From IMG/VR virus record IMGVR_UViG_3300025035_000001: a stretch of 64,000 nt of DNA; one strand, written 5' to 3'. Shown here piece by piece: positions 9,901 through 17,514 of this stretch; the first letter of the stretch is position 1; every line of letters starts with the position of its first letter. Origin of the DNA: a virus. The position numbers and the translations under genes were made by a program. The notes below the pieces were generated by a model that was given only the letters and a program-made list of their open reading frames with translations, was not told where the DNA came from and ran no database searches.

Positions 9901-12676
9901 TCATCCAGCTACTAAAAATGTAAAAACAGAATTAGGTAAAAAGATTGAGAAATTCAATGTTAGAATATTTGACAATGTCGCAACTACTTATTTAGATGAA
10001 GCATTTATGCATCTTGATAGACTTCAAAGTAGAATGTTAGATTTGAGTAAATTTCAAAGAAACAATGAAGAAAGATTACTTAAAGGTCTAAAAATAGAAG
10101 GAACACAAACAATAGAAGATTTTTTTAAAACTAGGATACATCCTAAACTTTCTAATTTAGATGAGATTAATTATAAAATATTAGATGAAATTGTTCAAGA
10201 ATTGTCATTTTTAATTGATGCCGTAGAGAGAAAGCTAACGGTTGAGAACAGTGTGAATATATCTGAATTTTTATCACTTCTTCGTTCTGCAAGATTAGAA
10301 TTTGCTTATCAATTACCAGGTGCAAAGAACGAAGTACAAAAAATAGGTTCACTCACCAATGGTTATATGTTTGGTAAACCTGATGATTTGGTAGAACCTT
10401 CAGAAAAAGCAGTAGTCTCTTTAGTTAATCAAGCAAGGTTTGCTATACGTAATGAAGTTTTAGAATTTGCAAAAGGTGAACACTATGATAAAGTAAAAGC
10501 ATTGTATACTTCTAAAAACATGGGTACAATTAGCTCTGGTTTAAAACATGCTGTTTCAGGTAACTTTTTAAGAGCTTTTGACAATATGTTTGAATTAGAT
10601 GAGAAAGGTATGAATAATTATAGATTACGAGACCCTGATGAAAAAGCAGGTGATTACGATTATTTATCGAGAAAACAAACTGCTTTATCTATGCAAGAAA
10701 GAGATTATATTCGTTTTTTCTTAAAAGAAGTAAATGCGGTAAGAAGAGCTAACATGACAGCTAGTCAAAGAAAACAATTTGATGACGATACTGAAAGGCA
10801 TTTAGATTTACCTTTACAAAAAGCTTCTTCTTCAACTAAACTTCAAAATGAAGGTATTGGTGCAATGTTAGGAGAAGCTTATGAAAATATCATTAACCCT
10901 GCCCAAATATTTGAAGATGATATGAAATTTAAAAGAGCACAGGCAGAAAGAAAATATATGCCTAGTGTTTTTGATTATTTAGATACCGATATACAAGCTA
11001 GAGATGTAAAAATTCAACAAGCCAAAGATGATAATAACAAAGCGGCTTTTGAAACAAATTTAGAATTATTGTTAGATTCTTTTATATTATCTAATAGTAA
11101 GAAAAAACAGTTTAATAAAGTATTACCAATCATTAATGATTTGCGTTCTCACTTACTTTATCAAAGTATGGCTTATAACCAAGACACTGACAAAGCGGTT
11201 GAACAACTAGAGTTATATCTTGATTCAGCCGTATTCTCTAAGAGAGATAGAAGTTCTTCTAAGGATATAGAAGTGAGTAAAACTATACAAGGTGTTACTG
11301 GTGCAACTATGCAGTTAACAACAATGGCAAACTTAACTTTTAATGTGATGTCAGGTTTAAATCAGTATGTAGAATCTAACTTCTTAATGATGACTAAACA
11401 ATTAAGCGAAAGAAGTAACTTAAATACACCATCTGTTAGTGATTATGCATGGGCTTATCGTATGGTTCATGCTGATATTAAAAATGGTAAAACCGCAATT
11501 ACAAAGCTTCGAGAATTAAATCGTAGATACGGTATTAATGTAGATTTATCTGAACATGCGAAATACTTAACTAATCAAAATTATGGTTTAGCAAATGCTA
11601 CTCAAGCCGATGCTCTTTTACCTAACTCTATTCCTGATTACGTTACTCGAATGGCAATACTTTTAGCATATATGAAAAAAGACGGTTCTTGGGATGCTCA
11701 CACGATTAAAAATGATAGATTAATATATTTACCACATAAAGATAAAAGATTCTCCAAACTCTTTAATTCTAACGGTGTGATGAAAGATAAAAGTTTTTTT
11801 ACTACAGCTCAAGAAATGGAACAACTTACAATGTATGAAACATTAGTGAAAAGTCTTTCTTCTTCAGAGGGAGTTGTTGACGGAAAACCTATTATGGGTT
11901 ATGATGTAAAACAAGTACGAAACATGAAAAACGAAGCTGATACTATTTTAGGTGCGTTTACTAAAGCCGATAAATCAGCATATACCAATTTTGTAGGTTA
12001 TTCAATGTTACTTCAGTTTCAAAGGTATTTAGGCGGTACGCTTTATCGTCATTGGTTTGATGGAAAAGGTAAACGTTCTGATGCACAAGGAAGATACAAA
12101 CTTATAAAAAAAACAAAATTTAACGAAAATACAAGTAGAAATGAATTAGTATTAGACAAAAATAATAATCCTGTTTATGAATCTGTTTGGCAAACAGATT
12201 ATCACGAAGGTATTTTAAATACGTTTATGTATTTTATTAATAACACCAACTTAAAAAACCCTAAGTCATTTAGTAGTCTTTTGTTAGAAGGTTGGGCAGA
12301 TTTACCTGAAGAAGTTAAACGTAAACGTAAAGAAAATTTAAAGATGTTTTTAGCAGAAATGATAATTTTTATTCTTTCTAACATAGGTGGATATGCCTTA
12401 CTTGCTAACGCTAAAGAAACTCCTGGAGCTACAACCGCAGCTTTAGTTTTAGATAGAAGTACTAATAACATGATGTTTGGTTTTATAAGCAATGTGGTAA
12501 GTTTGGATAGAAATCCAGTCGCTTCAATTAACATGGCAAATAAAATTATCAGTAACACTTTTGATTCAGTAGTATTACTTTCTTCAGGTGAACCAATAAA
12601 AGCAATATCAAAAGTATCTCATAATTTTAATGTTACTGGTACAATAGCTGACGGTGTTCAGTACGTATTAGAATAA
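3905..12676 (+). CDS. Giant virion cargo/ejection protein with two zincin-like HExxH motifs and a PD-(D/E)xK nuclease-like domain
   Basis: 2923-aa ORF directly after the RNAP. HELAH at 4304-4318, HEYYH at 7334-7348 with downstream EE, GTADI...DFK at 8621-8680. Helical C-terminus. Confidence 0.7.
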   Translation: MAICIKNKSGEIRIDKSNYKEFEKTHPDLASEITKQIKQGVTDEFSLSYPPKGYYLFNTSGYDPSHFTFEKGFKFTEKDIDRANFLNKPVKVFENVEIPFKKGQLLRNRLGDTNIILANEDSNNKEEFDKIVDHELAHLRFDNLIDENEAVSKSAKTILSKLETLNVSNKKLVKDLLNRVDGSPSELLAIIDSEPKVKSFIESLYLSNDVDLIESVETIHHTMNTFVNENRTSEEYNDNLPFSAANLDIETLEQTSFKEDENYFNRVKKTWDLYQTNNKFKGYEIIQKGEHSFLVEKNYDKEKGFSDIAYQQLFQKYQRVEGKTLSNILNDNNRESLVKSEWDDLKLDTLSEHDLVLVRREKKEDGKIQVYMQYFPIMYVFPRERKFLVATGFTNQKGKNKGKATALPINYDDVIGFAKYSGNPITEIQLPASGAEYAKEIELDTQNLKKDFSIQTYSPNTHITVSLANTIKDRVKHATTVDNWVQGGDVVRVRWEKSEDYRNDEHKFNYYVKFYKVVAKHANAVSVAINKKNGSETTLVIPFHQIDRVAKSRESFDKEYKTKLKEVEITKGKETYTVFNPDEEGEIKKIEDRKEYLKKQGLDEKESEKEILSRMLPSDWIKYKVANRKGTLWGKIINVGEDSVTIVSVSKEDTNLEETTKNFTKIVSFKDIEWHYSSLDKENETFRNLYTYFNNLKETFNISSKAVTALNEGAVFPPAYRTITVSSLNEDYIDEKGNLMRYWKQLKPGDRVSQRFKKKNGEFGMTVVTVTRVDLQGNVYYANKSEFKTTKGDSFFRTNRFKLNPKDVVKFHLMGETDYHPSFTKDYRKSTSKEVEEAFKEFNEKLEAQKARNNKKDISLNQAIEFQSLEKAEAFKELMLEQQRPFTYVTKEVTEKNQKRKVYLKAWAKFSKGKAVKKSNGDYEADRLVTKLEAGYARTNNYLTIPIAANLLKEGDYIALKRDNQEFKLYIQDVYKYNRKEGEIGYSLTTLGKSKKGSLYHRQVYLYINLNGEVSAKIEQFGKNEKAKEITVAALGLKGGDLRKNKDLIRDRDNKTAAPKIRKTRASKGKIKAQDLATLTQIVDNINNLTEANASLVTKEEFKQAMINRGVYYVNAENVEKAFVDNEGNIVVNKELASTSDAMHEYYHFVMRSFEKVNPKAYQDLMSAAMEHELFEEKRALYSDYTDLEIAEEVFVGLAQATFESKKDPNWFDKFKTVINDFYIHFKNFIGKVFGYQPFKYARGRELFNMTLEELTQHFGKTDLRRLEKERVTLSNSITDLRKGEAIQKLKNNVYYDDNVPYLINSQGVRSKLFDRILPLSKDLEVALEIYAEIESDVFKQKIKDQKFQIQDGELPFNLIEKYFGNRRVRSSRLEAWKTTRDEAFEKIKTADIISFKEEEHEYSVNGSKIIGNSENLEKEGIITPYNEEDFKTNLINNTLDLVEKTQGTLTEETEEQIKSNIEQFVNQLSVIKEPGTLFHKAMQTFLEGYNKAYGKTDEDKISRSLDDAYEKLIESVDGVNWFIDTPQIRNNFETNARQLFEIIKMNSGENFKILPEQKLTYTDENGKITAAGTADIVILKANGKVDVYDFKSSYKNVSNWSNYKNEHVVAQQLSYRSFLNSMGLVVDNNFILPVSMDMNFNTGYIDSFEPMSLLNISSFLSTEDRIKIEDEINRIYPVSASKTTQAIESNIEVADFMQAYFNFDINPTRETTDETNKKQFSESYKFESAVLRLIDKHKNGRYTEKNPFGDKPISVKKELEKFKVKKGYSSIDNIPIADRIKIYKDTYLDLLFNYEKSKGNTYKAVVDWVNAQRVNVLSSRNVGTMAEINTKIIKNKDDIFNETFALKLEKYLYDSNWEVIESPELQDLNIVAFYHKRNKVWEFITLTDKDPSDYFQNGAQSTFQRVAAMRRKGSILGKFLPAHQLTEDIFESTYENYEAMKVMLFIINNPSLFKDTKIGKYNHVISTSSTTKDVGDQTINFNWFTLDEMLKQLKKVVSHPATKNVKTELGKKIEKFNVRIFDNVATTYLDEAFMHLDRLQSRMLDLSKFQRNNEERLLKGLKIEGTQTIEDFFKTRIHPKLSNLDEINYKILDEIVQELSFLIDAVERKLTVENSVNISEFLSLLRSARLEFAYQLPGAKNEVQKIGSLTNGYMFGKPDDLVEPSEKAVVSLVNQARFAIRNEVLEFAKGEHYDKVKALYTSKNMGTISSGLKHAVSGNFLRAFDNMFELDEKGMNNYRLRDPDEKAGDYDYLSRKQTALSMQERDYIRFFLKEVNAVRRANMTASQRKQFDDDTERHLDLPLQKASSSTKLQNEGIGAMLGEAYENIINPAQIFEDDMKFKRAQAERKYMPSVFDYLDTDIQARDVKIQQAKDDNNKAAFETNLELLLDSFILSNSKKKQFNKVLPIINDLRSHLLYQSMAYNQDTDKAVEQLELYLDSAVFSKRDRSSSKDIEVSKTIQGVTGATMQLTTMANLTFNVMSGLNQYVESNFLMMTKQLSERSNLNTPSVSDYAWAYRMVHADIKNGKTAITKLRELNRRYGINVDLSEHAKYLTNQNYGLANATQADALLPNSIPDYVTRMAILLAYMKKDGSWDAHTIKNDRLIYLPHKDKRFSKLFNSNGVMKDKSFFTTAQEMEQLTMYETLVKSLSSSEGVVDGKPIMGYDVKQVRNMKNEADTILGAFTKADKSAYTNFVGYSMLLQFQRYLGGTLYRHWFDGKGKRSDAQGRYKLIKKTKFNENTSRNELVLDKNNNPVYESVWQTDYHEGILNTFMYFINNTNLKNPKSFSSLLLEGWADLPEEVKRKRKENLKMFLAEMIIFILSNIGGYALLANAKETPGATTAALVLDRSTNNMMFGFISNVVSLDRNPVASINMANKIISNTFDSVVLLSSGEPIKAISKVSHNFNVTGTIADGVQYVLE

Positions 12677-12682
12677 GCTTAG

Positions 12683-12724
12683 AAAAAAAATACCCTCAAT
12701 TACCAGTAAAGGTAATCGAGGGTA
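12683..12724. terminator. Intrinsic terminator between the convergent blocks
   Basis: Hairpin taccctc-a-attacc / ggtaat-c-gagggta (12691-12724) with an A8 tract on the left, which is a U tract for minus-strand transcripts. Confidence 0.8.
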
Positions 12725-12728
12725 TATA

Positions 12729-12818
12729 TTATTCAAAACAACGTCCAATAACTATGAAAATAGCTACGAGAATAGCTTTTACAAAAAGAACAGTAATACA
12801 ATAAATTAAAAATTCCAT
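12729..12818 (-). CDS. Small hydrophobic peptide (29 aa, MEFLIYCITVLFVKAILVAIFIVIGRCFE)
   Basis: Translated by hand; not in the ORF track. Ends at the terminator and has one hydrophobic stretch. Confidence 0.4.
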   Translation of the reverse strand: MEFLIYCITVLFVKAILVAIFIVIGRCFE

Positions 12819-12924
12819 ATTATAAGTTTTAAATTTTTAAGATTTAAATATTCATTAAGATACTAGTACTCACTCAATATACTTTTAAAATACGACTGTC
12901 TTTTATTATCTTTTACTTAAAAAT

Positions 12925-13140
12925 TTAACGTGAGCTGCATATTTCTAAAGAATAAATAAAAATACTATCGTCTTTAGCTTCTTTTCTAATTTTAATTTGA
13001 AGTTCTTTCCAAACATCTTCTTTAGGCTTACTTCTTTCTGTCGTGTGTAAACCAGAAGAACAAAATTTTCCTGTTATACCATCAAAAGCAACCCATTCAT
13101 AAGTTACTTTTGGAAACCAGTTTTTTATAATTTCTATCAT
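12925..13140 (-). CDS. Hypothetical protein
   Basis: ORF track; abuts the neighbouring gene. Confidence 0.6.
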   Translation of the reverse strand: MIEIIKNWFPKVTYEWVAFDGITGKFCSSGLHTTERSKPKEDVWKELQIKIRKEAKDDSIFIYSLEICSSR

Positions 13141-13413
13141 TTAATTGTTATTTGAGCCTTCAAAATCTAATTTAACTAAATTAAGAATTTCATCTGTTGA
13201 TTTATCATAAATATTTGAATAAGACATTAATACCAATTGCATACTATTGACAAACATAGATTCGATTTCTGCGTTTTCTTTTGTTTTTATTTCAAAAAAA
13301 TCTTTCTGTCTAAGTATATCTAATTTAATTAATGTCTTTAAACAGGTATACAATTCTGATTCAGGGATAAATTTTTCTACTTTCATTAAATTATTTTTAA
13401 TATTGATTTTCAT
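13141..13413 (-). CDS. Hypothetical protein
   Basis: ORF track; overlaps the upstream gene in an operon-like way. Confidence 0.6.
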   Translation of the reverse strand: MKINIKNNLMKVEKFIPESELYTCLKTLIKLDILRQKDFFEIKTKENAEIESMFVNSMQLVLMSYSNIYDKSTDEILNLVKLDFEGSNNN

Positions 13414-13870
13414 TATTTTCAGTAAACAACTTTAAATATTCTTTTTCTGATGGTAAATTGTTTAATTTTAATTTTACTAAGTGACTATAAAATTTTGTAA
13501 TAAACAATTCTTTTTGAAAGTTTATTGTGTAAAATACCACACCCCATTTTTTAATTTCTTTTTCATTGGTATACTCAACAAACTTAACTTCTCCGTTTTC
13601 AATCATTTGATGTATATCAGAACCACAATCTCTACTTAAGTAAGGATAGTTACTTTTCCAATTTACATCGTCATCAACTATTTTACTTTGTTTTTGATTA
13701 ATTAAATTAATCTTTTCAAGTTTGTTTTGGTATTTATTTAAATCTCCATTTTTTAAGTAGTTGAGTATTTCTATACCTTGACTATCTGGGTATCTATCCC
13801 ATTGTCCATATTGTTGAACTTTTACTTTACCCTCTTTATTTATTACTGTTTGTAAGTGTCTTGTACCCAT
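13397..13870 (-). CDS. Conserved phage hypothetical protein (MGTR...WDGYP-like family)
   Basis: MGTRH start and QWDRYPDSQG resemble a common phage protein family recalled as having WDGYP. Confidence 0.6.
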   Translation of the reverse strand: MGTRHLQTVINKEGKVKVQQYGQWDRYPDSQGIEILNYLKNGDLNKYQNKLEKINLINQKQSKIVDDDVNWKSNYPYLSRDCGSDIHQMIENGEVKFVEYTNEKEIKKWGVVFYTINFQKELFITKFYSHLVKLKLNNLPSEKEYLKLFTENNENQY

Positions 13871-13927
13871 TTTTTAATTTTAATTTTATAATGTTAACTT
13901 TTACTATATGTAATATTTACCTATTTT

Positions 13928-14182
13928 TTAGTAAAAAGATAATAGGTCAATCTTTGGTAAGTCCGCACCTTTTACTTTGGTTACATCGCCAATTTGTATT
14001 GTATTAGGATAATTGCTTTGTGTTACCTTAATTGCGTGTTTGTCTATTTCAGAAGCAAAGTAATTGTTCACGTTAATTCCTGCACGTTCTAAAGCTAACC
14101 TACCACATGATATGCCGTCAAGTGAAGAAAGTATATTAATACCCTCACTTAAAAAAATATTATTACTACATTTGTTTTTCAT
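13928..14182 (-). pseudogene. Truncated C5 cytosine DNA methyltransferase (N-terminal fragment)
   Basis: ILSSLDGISCG (degenerate motif I), YFASEID, GDV and IDLL are present, but the ORF stops where the catalytic GGSPC should begin. Confidence 0.8.
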
Positions 14183-14215
14183 ATCAAAGTTTTGTGTTTA
14201 AAATCTGCACCAAAC

Positions 14216-14311
14216 AGCTAACAGAGTATATAAAAAAATAGCCTATGAAAAGTCTGTGTATAATATCAAAGTTTGTGGTTAAGCTACTTTTCATATACCT
14301 GTACGTTATGC
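14216..14311 (-). repeat. attC-like imperfect palindrome a
   Basis: Minus strand gcaTAAC...GTTAGCT, 96 bp. Arms gtatataaaaaaatagc / gctacttttcatatac. The TAA stop of 14306..14518 lies inside the left core. Confidence 0.65.
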
Positions 14312-14518
14312 AACATTTGATAATCGAATCTTTTCACGTTCTGCTTTATACCACCGTAGTTTCTCATACCGACTTTGGTAATGCGTTTTTAATAGTTTTC
14401 CCCACATTTCTTTTATCCTAAAGTCATCAATCCATGGGCTACACTCAAAGTCTTTCTGCCACTCTATAAACTGCCATTCTCTGTATGCACTTACTAATGG
14501 AAGTATTGGTAAAACCAA
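14306..14518 (-). CDS. Hypothetical protein, cassette-like
   Basis: ORF track; lies between palindromes b and a. The frame extends upstream through palindrome b. Confidence 0.55.
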   Translation of the reverse strand: MVLPILPLVSAYREWQFIEWQKDFECSPWIDDFRIKEMWGKLLKTHYQSRYEKLRWYKAEREKIRLSNVA

Positions 14519-14553
14519 AGTTGCACCAAACGCATTCCACCAGAAAAAACGTT

Positions 14554-14685
14554 GCGTAACACGGTATATAGAAAATAGCCGTGTTATGGGTCTTTTTAAA
14601 ACTATTTTCTTGTTATCAAATTTATTTACTTTCTACATTGTTTGTGCTTAATTTAAGCTACTTACAATATACTTTTCTATTATAG
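14554..14685 (-). repeat. attC-like imperfect palindrome b (left core degenerate, AAT)
   Basis: Arms gtatatagaaaatagc / gctacttacaatatac pair at 13 of 16 positions. Right core GTTACGC. Similar in sequence to palindrome a. Confidence 0.6.
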
Positions 14686-14744
14686 ATGAGGGTAAAAAAT
14701 CCCACGCTCATCCTATCACACTATTAAGTAAATGGAACACTTTT

Positions 14745-14930
14745 TTAATTTTCATTTAGTTCTGCAATCCATTTATCAATTTGTTTTTGATCTTCAACAG
14801 GTCTTCCAAATTTCAAATCCTTTAAACAATCTACCAAACAATACCTAACAGGCATTTTTAATGGTTTACCAATGTTTTCCTTTTTTTCTTCTTCGGTCAT
14901 TGATTTTGTGAAAATTTTAATGTTTTTCAT
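14745..14930 (-). CDS. Hypothetical protein, cassette-like
   Basis: ORF track; starts 24 nt after the GTTACGG core of palindrome c. Confidence 0.6.
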   Translation of the reverse strand: MKNIKIFTKSMTEEEKKENIGKPLKMPVRYCLVDCLKDLKFGRPVEDQKQIDKWIAELNEN

Positions 14931-14953
14931 TTTTTTAAGTATTAAACACCAGC

Positions 14954-15070
14954 CCGTAACATTAAATATAAAACAGCAGGGCTGTGGTGCTGAATCATAC
15001 TATGAGCTACTACTCATCTTAATTTTTGTGATAAAAGTTCCGCCCTTCGGGAAGCTGCAAAACGTTAGCG
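14954..15070 (-). repeat. attC-like element c
   Basis: Minus strand cgctAAC (directly after the stop of 15071..15391) to GTTACGG, 117 bp. Arms pair only partially. Confidence 0.5.
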
Positions 15071-15391
15071 TTAATTCGCCTTGTGTACTAAGTCAGCTAC
15101 TACCTGATTAATGTACTTATTTAGTTGATTCCGCAAGGCAACCGCTTGACCATAACTGAGTAATATTGTTCCTTTACCGTATTCTTCGTCTTCCTCCCAT
15201 CCATCACCTCTGTCGATTAATCTGGCACACCAGTCTTTTACTGATAGTCTTAGCTGATATTCGTGAGGTTCTGGATTTTTAAAATGGTCAAGCGAAAGTC
15301 TTGCTCTACTTCCGTTTTTTAAATAAAAAATATCCTCAGATTCCCGTCCACCAGAACTACCGCTAACAACAGCTAGGGCTAATGAGTACAA
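15071..15391 (-). CDS. Hypothetical protein, cassette-like
   Basis: ORF track; N-terminal AVVSGS is encoded across a GTTAGCG core (15361-15367). Confidence 0.6.
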   Translation of the reverse strand: MYSLALAVVSGSSGGRESEDIFYLKNGSRARLSLDHFKNPEPHEYQLRLSVKDWCARLIDRGDGWEEDEEYGKGTILLSYGQAVALRNQLNKYINQVVADLVHKAN

Positions 15392-15436
15392 CCCATAACA
15401 TTGGCTATATGTAATGCCTTAATTATATAGTTAAAC
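15361..15436 (-). repeat. attC-like element d (shortened, two right cores)
   Basis: Minus strand GTTTAAC is an exact RYYYAAC containing the stop of 15431..15823. It is followed by GTTATGG (15393-15399) and GTTAGCG (15361-15367). Confidence 0.45.
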
Positions 15437-15823
15437 ACAATATAGAGCCATTCCCCTTTTAAATAAATCAGAAGCAATAGTTTTGCGTTCTAAAAAATCT
15501 TGGAATTTATTTCTTTTCTCTATTGGTTTTATGCCTGTTATATGGCTATATTCTGATTTAAACATTTGTTTAAACTCATTATCTAAACCTTCAATCCCCT
15601 TTTCAGCATAATAATATCCGTTTAAAAGTGTATATTGACAAATATTTGTCGCAGTATGCATATCTACGTCAGTAAATGGTCTAATAAATGATACTACACA
15701 ATATCTATCCATTTTTGATAATTCCGTTGATACTAAAAAAGACTCGTGTAAAATACTGTGTTTAACAACAGGTTTATTTAATGTCTGTTCTATGCTGTTT
15801 TTTAAATTCTGTTCTTTTTTCAT
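15431..15823 (-). CDS. Hypothetical protein, cassette-like
   Basis: ORF track; start codon lies inside element e, and PVVKHS is encoded across the GTTAAAC core. Confidence 0.65.
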   Translation of the reverse strand: MKKEQNLKNSIEQTLNKPVVKHSILHESFLVSTELSKMDRYCVVSFIRPFTDVDMHTATNICQYTLLNGYYYAEKGIEGLDNEFKQMFKSEYSHITGIKPIEKRNKFQDFLERKTIASDLFKRGMALYCV

Positions 15824-15890
15824 ATGTATTTATATTTTGAAAGTTTAGTGTTTTTAATCCGTTACTTTTAATAGCTGCATTCTGTTAGTT
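15760..15890 (-). repeat. attC-like element e
   Basis: Minus strand aacTAAC (stop of a 13-codon mini-ORF, 15885..15926) to GTTAAAC, 131 bp. Arms pair weakly. Confidence 0.45.
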
Positions 15891-15968
15891 GCAAGTGCTA
15901 CTTTTGTGCTTTGTATTAAGCTTCATCGTAGTATTCTTTTTGTTTTATTTTTTATTCAATACACAAAA

Positions 15969-16151
15969 TTATATAAAATCTTTTTTATCAACATATGGAT
16001 CATCTATTGATGTTTCCAATTGCGATAAACTAACATTTAATGCAGAAACAACTTTATAATGACCGTCTGTAATAATTCACGCGTATCTACTCAAATCATT
16101 ATAAGTTATTTTCTCATCGTTCAAAAAAATATTTAAACCTTTTAATATCAT
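15969..16151 (-). pseudogene. 60-codon ORF interrupted by an in-frame TGA (16077-16079)
   Basis: Hand translation MILKGLNIFLNDEKITYNDLSRYA*IITDGHYKVVSAL...; starts 3 nt after the upstream stop. Confidence 0.45.
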
Positions 16152-16153
16152 TC

Positions 16154-16606
16154 TTATATATAAGTTCCTATACATTTATTATTTTCAATTTTTTCAAGTA
16201 AAAAATGAGTAGGTAATTTAGATTGTATAATAATATTTAATAATTCTTGAAATCTTTGGTTATTTTCTGTTTGATCTTTAATTGAACCTAATCCTATTTT
16301 ACCACAAGATAAATTATACATTTTCCTTAAATCTTCTTCAGTGTATTGAAACTCGTCAAAACCTCTTGGTTCAACAACTATTTTTGGTAAAAGAGGTAAA
16401 TTTAATTCAGGTGCACTGTTGTGTTTTGGTTGGTAGGCTATGATTTTCTTCCAATATTTATTAGCATATTCTAATGAACATTTTTTTATATCTTTATAAT
16501 CAAATACGTCTCTGCCATTTGTAAGATTAGTGGATTTCTCTTTAATCTTCTCATTAGAAACAGCTAATATATAATCAAACGTTTCTATTATTTTTATTTT
16601 GTTCAT
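16154..16606 (-). CDS. Hypothetical protein
   Basis: ORF track, 150 aa. Confidence 0.7.
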   Translation of the reverse strand: MNKIKIIETFDYILAVSNEKIKEKSTNLTNGRDVFDYKDIKKCSLEYANKYWKKIIAYQPKHNSAPELNLPLLPKIVVEPRGFDEFQYTEEDLRKMYNLSCGKIGLGSIKDQTENNQRFQELLNIIIQSKLPTHFLLEKIENNKCIGTYI

Positions 16607-16617
16607 TTTATTTATAT

Positions 16618-16992
16618 TTATTTTAAATCAGAGGACTTATTAATTTCAATTGACGTTCCTTTATGATTTCTTTTTAACCATTCTTTCAGTTGTGGGTAAA
16701 CAACTTCATAAATAGAGAAAGGAACAAAAATAACAAAATTTTCAGTATAAGAATTTAATCTATTTAACAGTTTCTCTAATGCTTTTTTAAAAGCTTTTTC
16801 AACATTACTATCTTCACTGTCGCTGTCTAACTGATAAACAACATACTGGTTGTCTATACTTTTATATTCAAGTAAAACTGTTATTTTCACCTTGTAAAAA
16901 GGGGGTGTTATCTTATAAAGACTATCTACCCCCGTAATTTCATTCTCTAAAACCGTAAAAGATTCAAAACGCAATACCGTTGAATAAAACAA
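16618..16992 (-). CDS. Hypothetical protein
   Basis: ORF track, 124 aa, TTG start uncertain. Confidence 0.6.
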   Translation of the reverse strand: MFYSTVLRFESFTVLENEITGVDSLYKITPPFYKVKITVLLEYKSIDNQYVVYQLDSDSEDSNVEKAFKKALEKLLNRLNSYTENFVIFVPFSIYEVVYPQLKEWLKRNHKGTSIEINKSSDLK

Positions 16993-16999
16993 AATATCT

Positions 17000-17287
17000 T
17001 TAATTTTTTTTTAAATTAATATTATCCCAATAAGTATCCGCAAAGTCTGAATCTTCGGTAAATATCTCAATAGTTTTATGACTTTTGTTTTCTTGAGGTG
17101 ACAAATATGTTTCAGTATCATATAATATCTCACAAGAACCAAGTTGTTCACATATATTTTTATCATTATATAACTCGGATGGTAAATAACCTGTTTCTAA
17201 TTTTTTAATAATTTTATCCGCAGATTCTTTTGACTCAATTGGTATTCTAAACCAAACTGTTGCTTTATAATCTAAATAGTTATTCAT
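17000..17287 (-). CDS. Hypothetical protein
   Basis: ORF track; tight packing with neighbours. Confidence 0.7.
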   Translation of the reverse strand: MNNYLDYKATVWFRIPIESKESADKIIKKLETGYLPSELYNDKNICEQLGSCEILYDTETYLSPQENKSHKTIEIFTEDSDFADTYWDNINLKKN

Positions 17288-17289
17288 GA

Positions 17290-17514
17290 TTAATAATTTT
17301 TTGTAATAAAAATAAAATAAGCTGAAAGATTTGTTAAACTACCTCTGTTAATTTCGTCACTGAAACCTTTTAGAGTATAAACCTTGCCAGTATCTTCAGC
17401 TTTTTGCATAAATTCTTGTGCTTCTTTTTCATCACCGTTCCAATCTTTAATATCTAAATAAGAGATATTCATTGATGCAGCGTGATTTATAAAAATTCTA
17501 TATTCTTTTTTCAT
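17290..17514 (-). CDS. Hypothetical protein
   Basis: ORF track; overlaps the upstream stop. Confidence 0.7.
   Translation of the reverse strand: MKKEYRIFINHAASMNISYLDIKDWNGDEKEAQEFMQKAEDTGKVYTLKGFSDEINRGSLTNLSAYFIFITKNY

Noticed and set aside
5629-12558. Antisense ORFs inside the cargo gene, and similar ones at 13247, 14872, 19314, 23230, 26291, 31594, 33348, 37396, 38588, 42535-43137, 48532, 54822, 58690-58945, 59663-60005 and 63805
   Set aside because: They are shadow or alternate-frame ORFs overlapping well-supported genes and have no motifs.
14216-15890. CRISPR array or REP-type interpretation of the repeats
   Set aside because: Units are long, divergent and separated by whole genes; there are no fixed-length spacers or cas genes.
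15964-15991. TAATTTTG as a Pc-like promoter for the cassette array
   Set aside because: It overlaps the stop of the 15969 ORF, and the upstream TTG is only 17 nt away; too weak to call.
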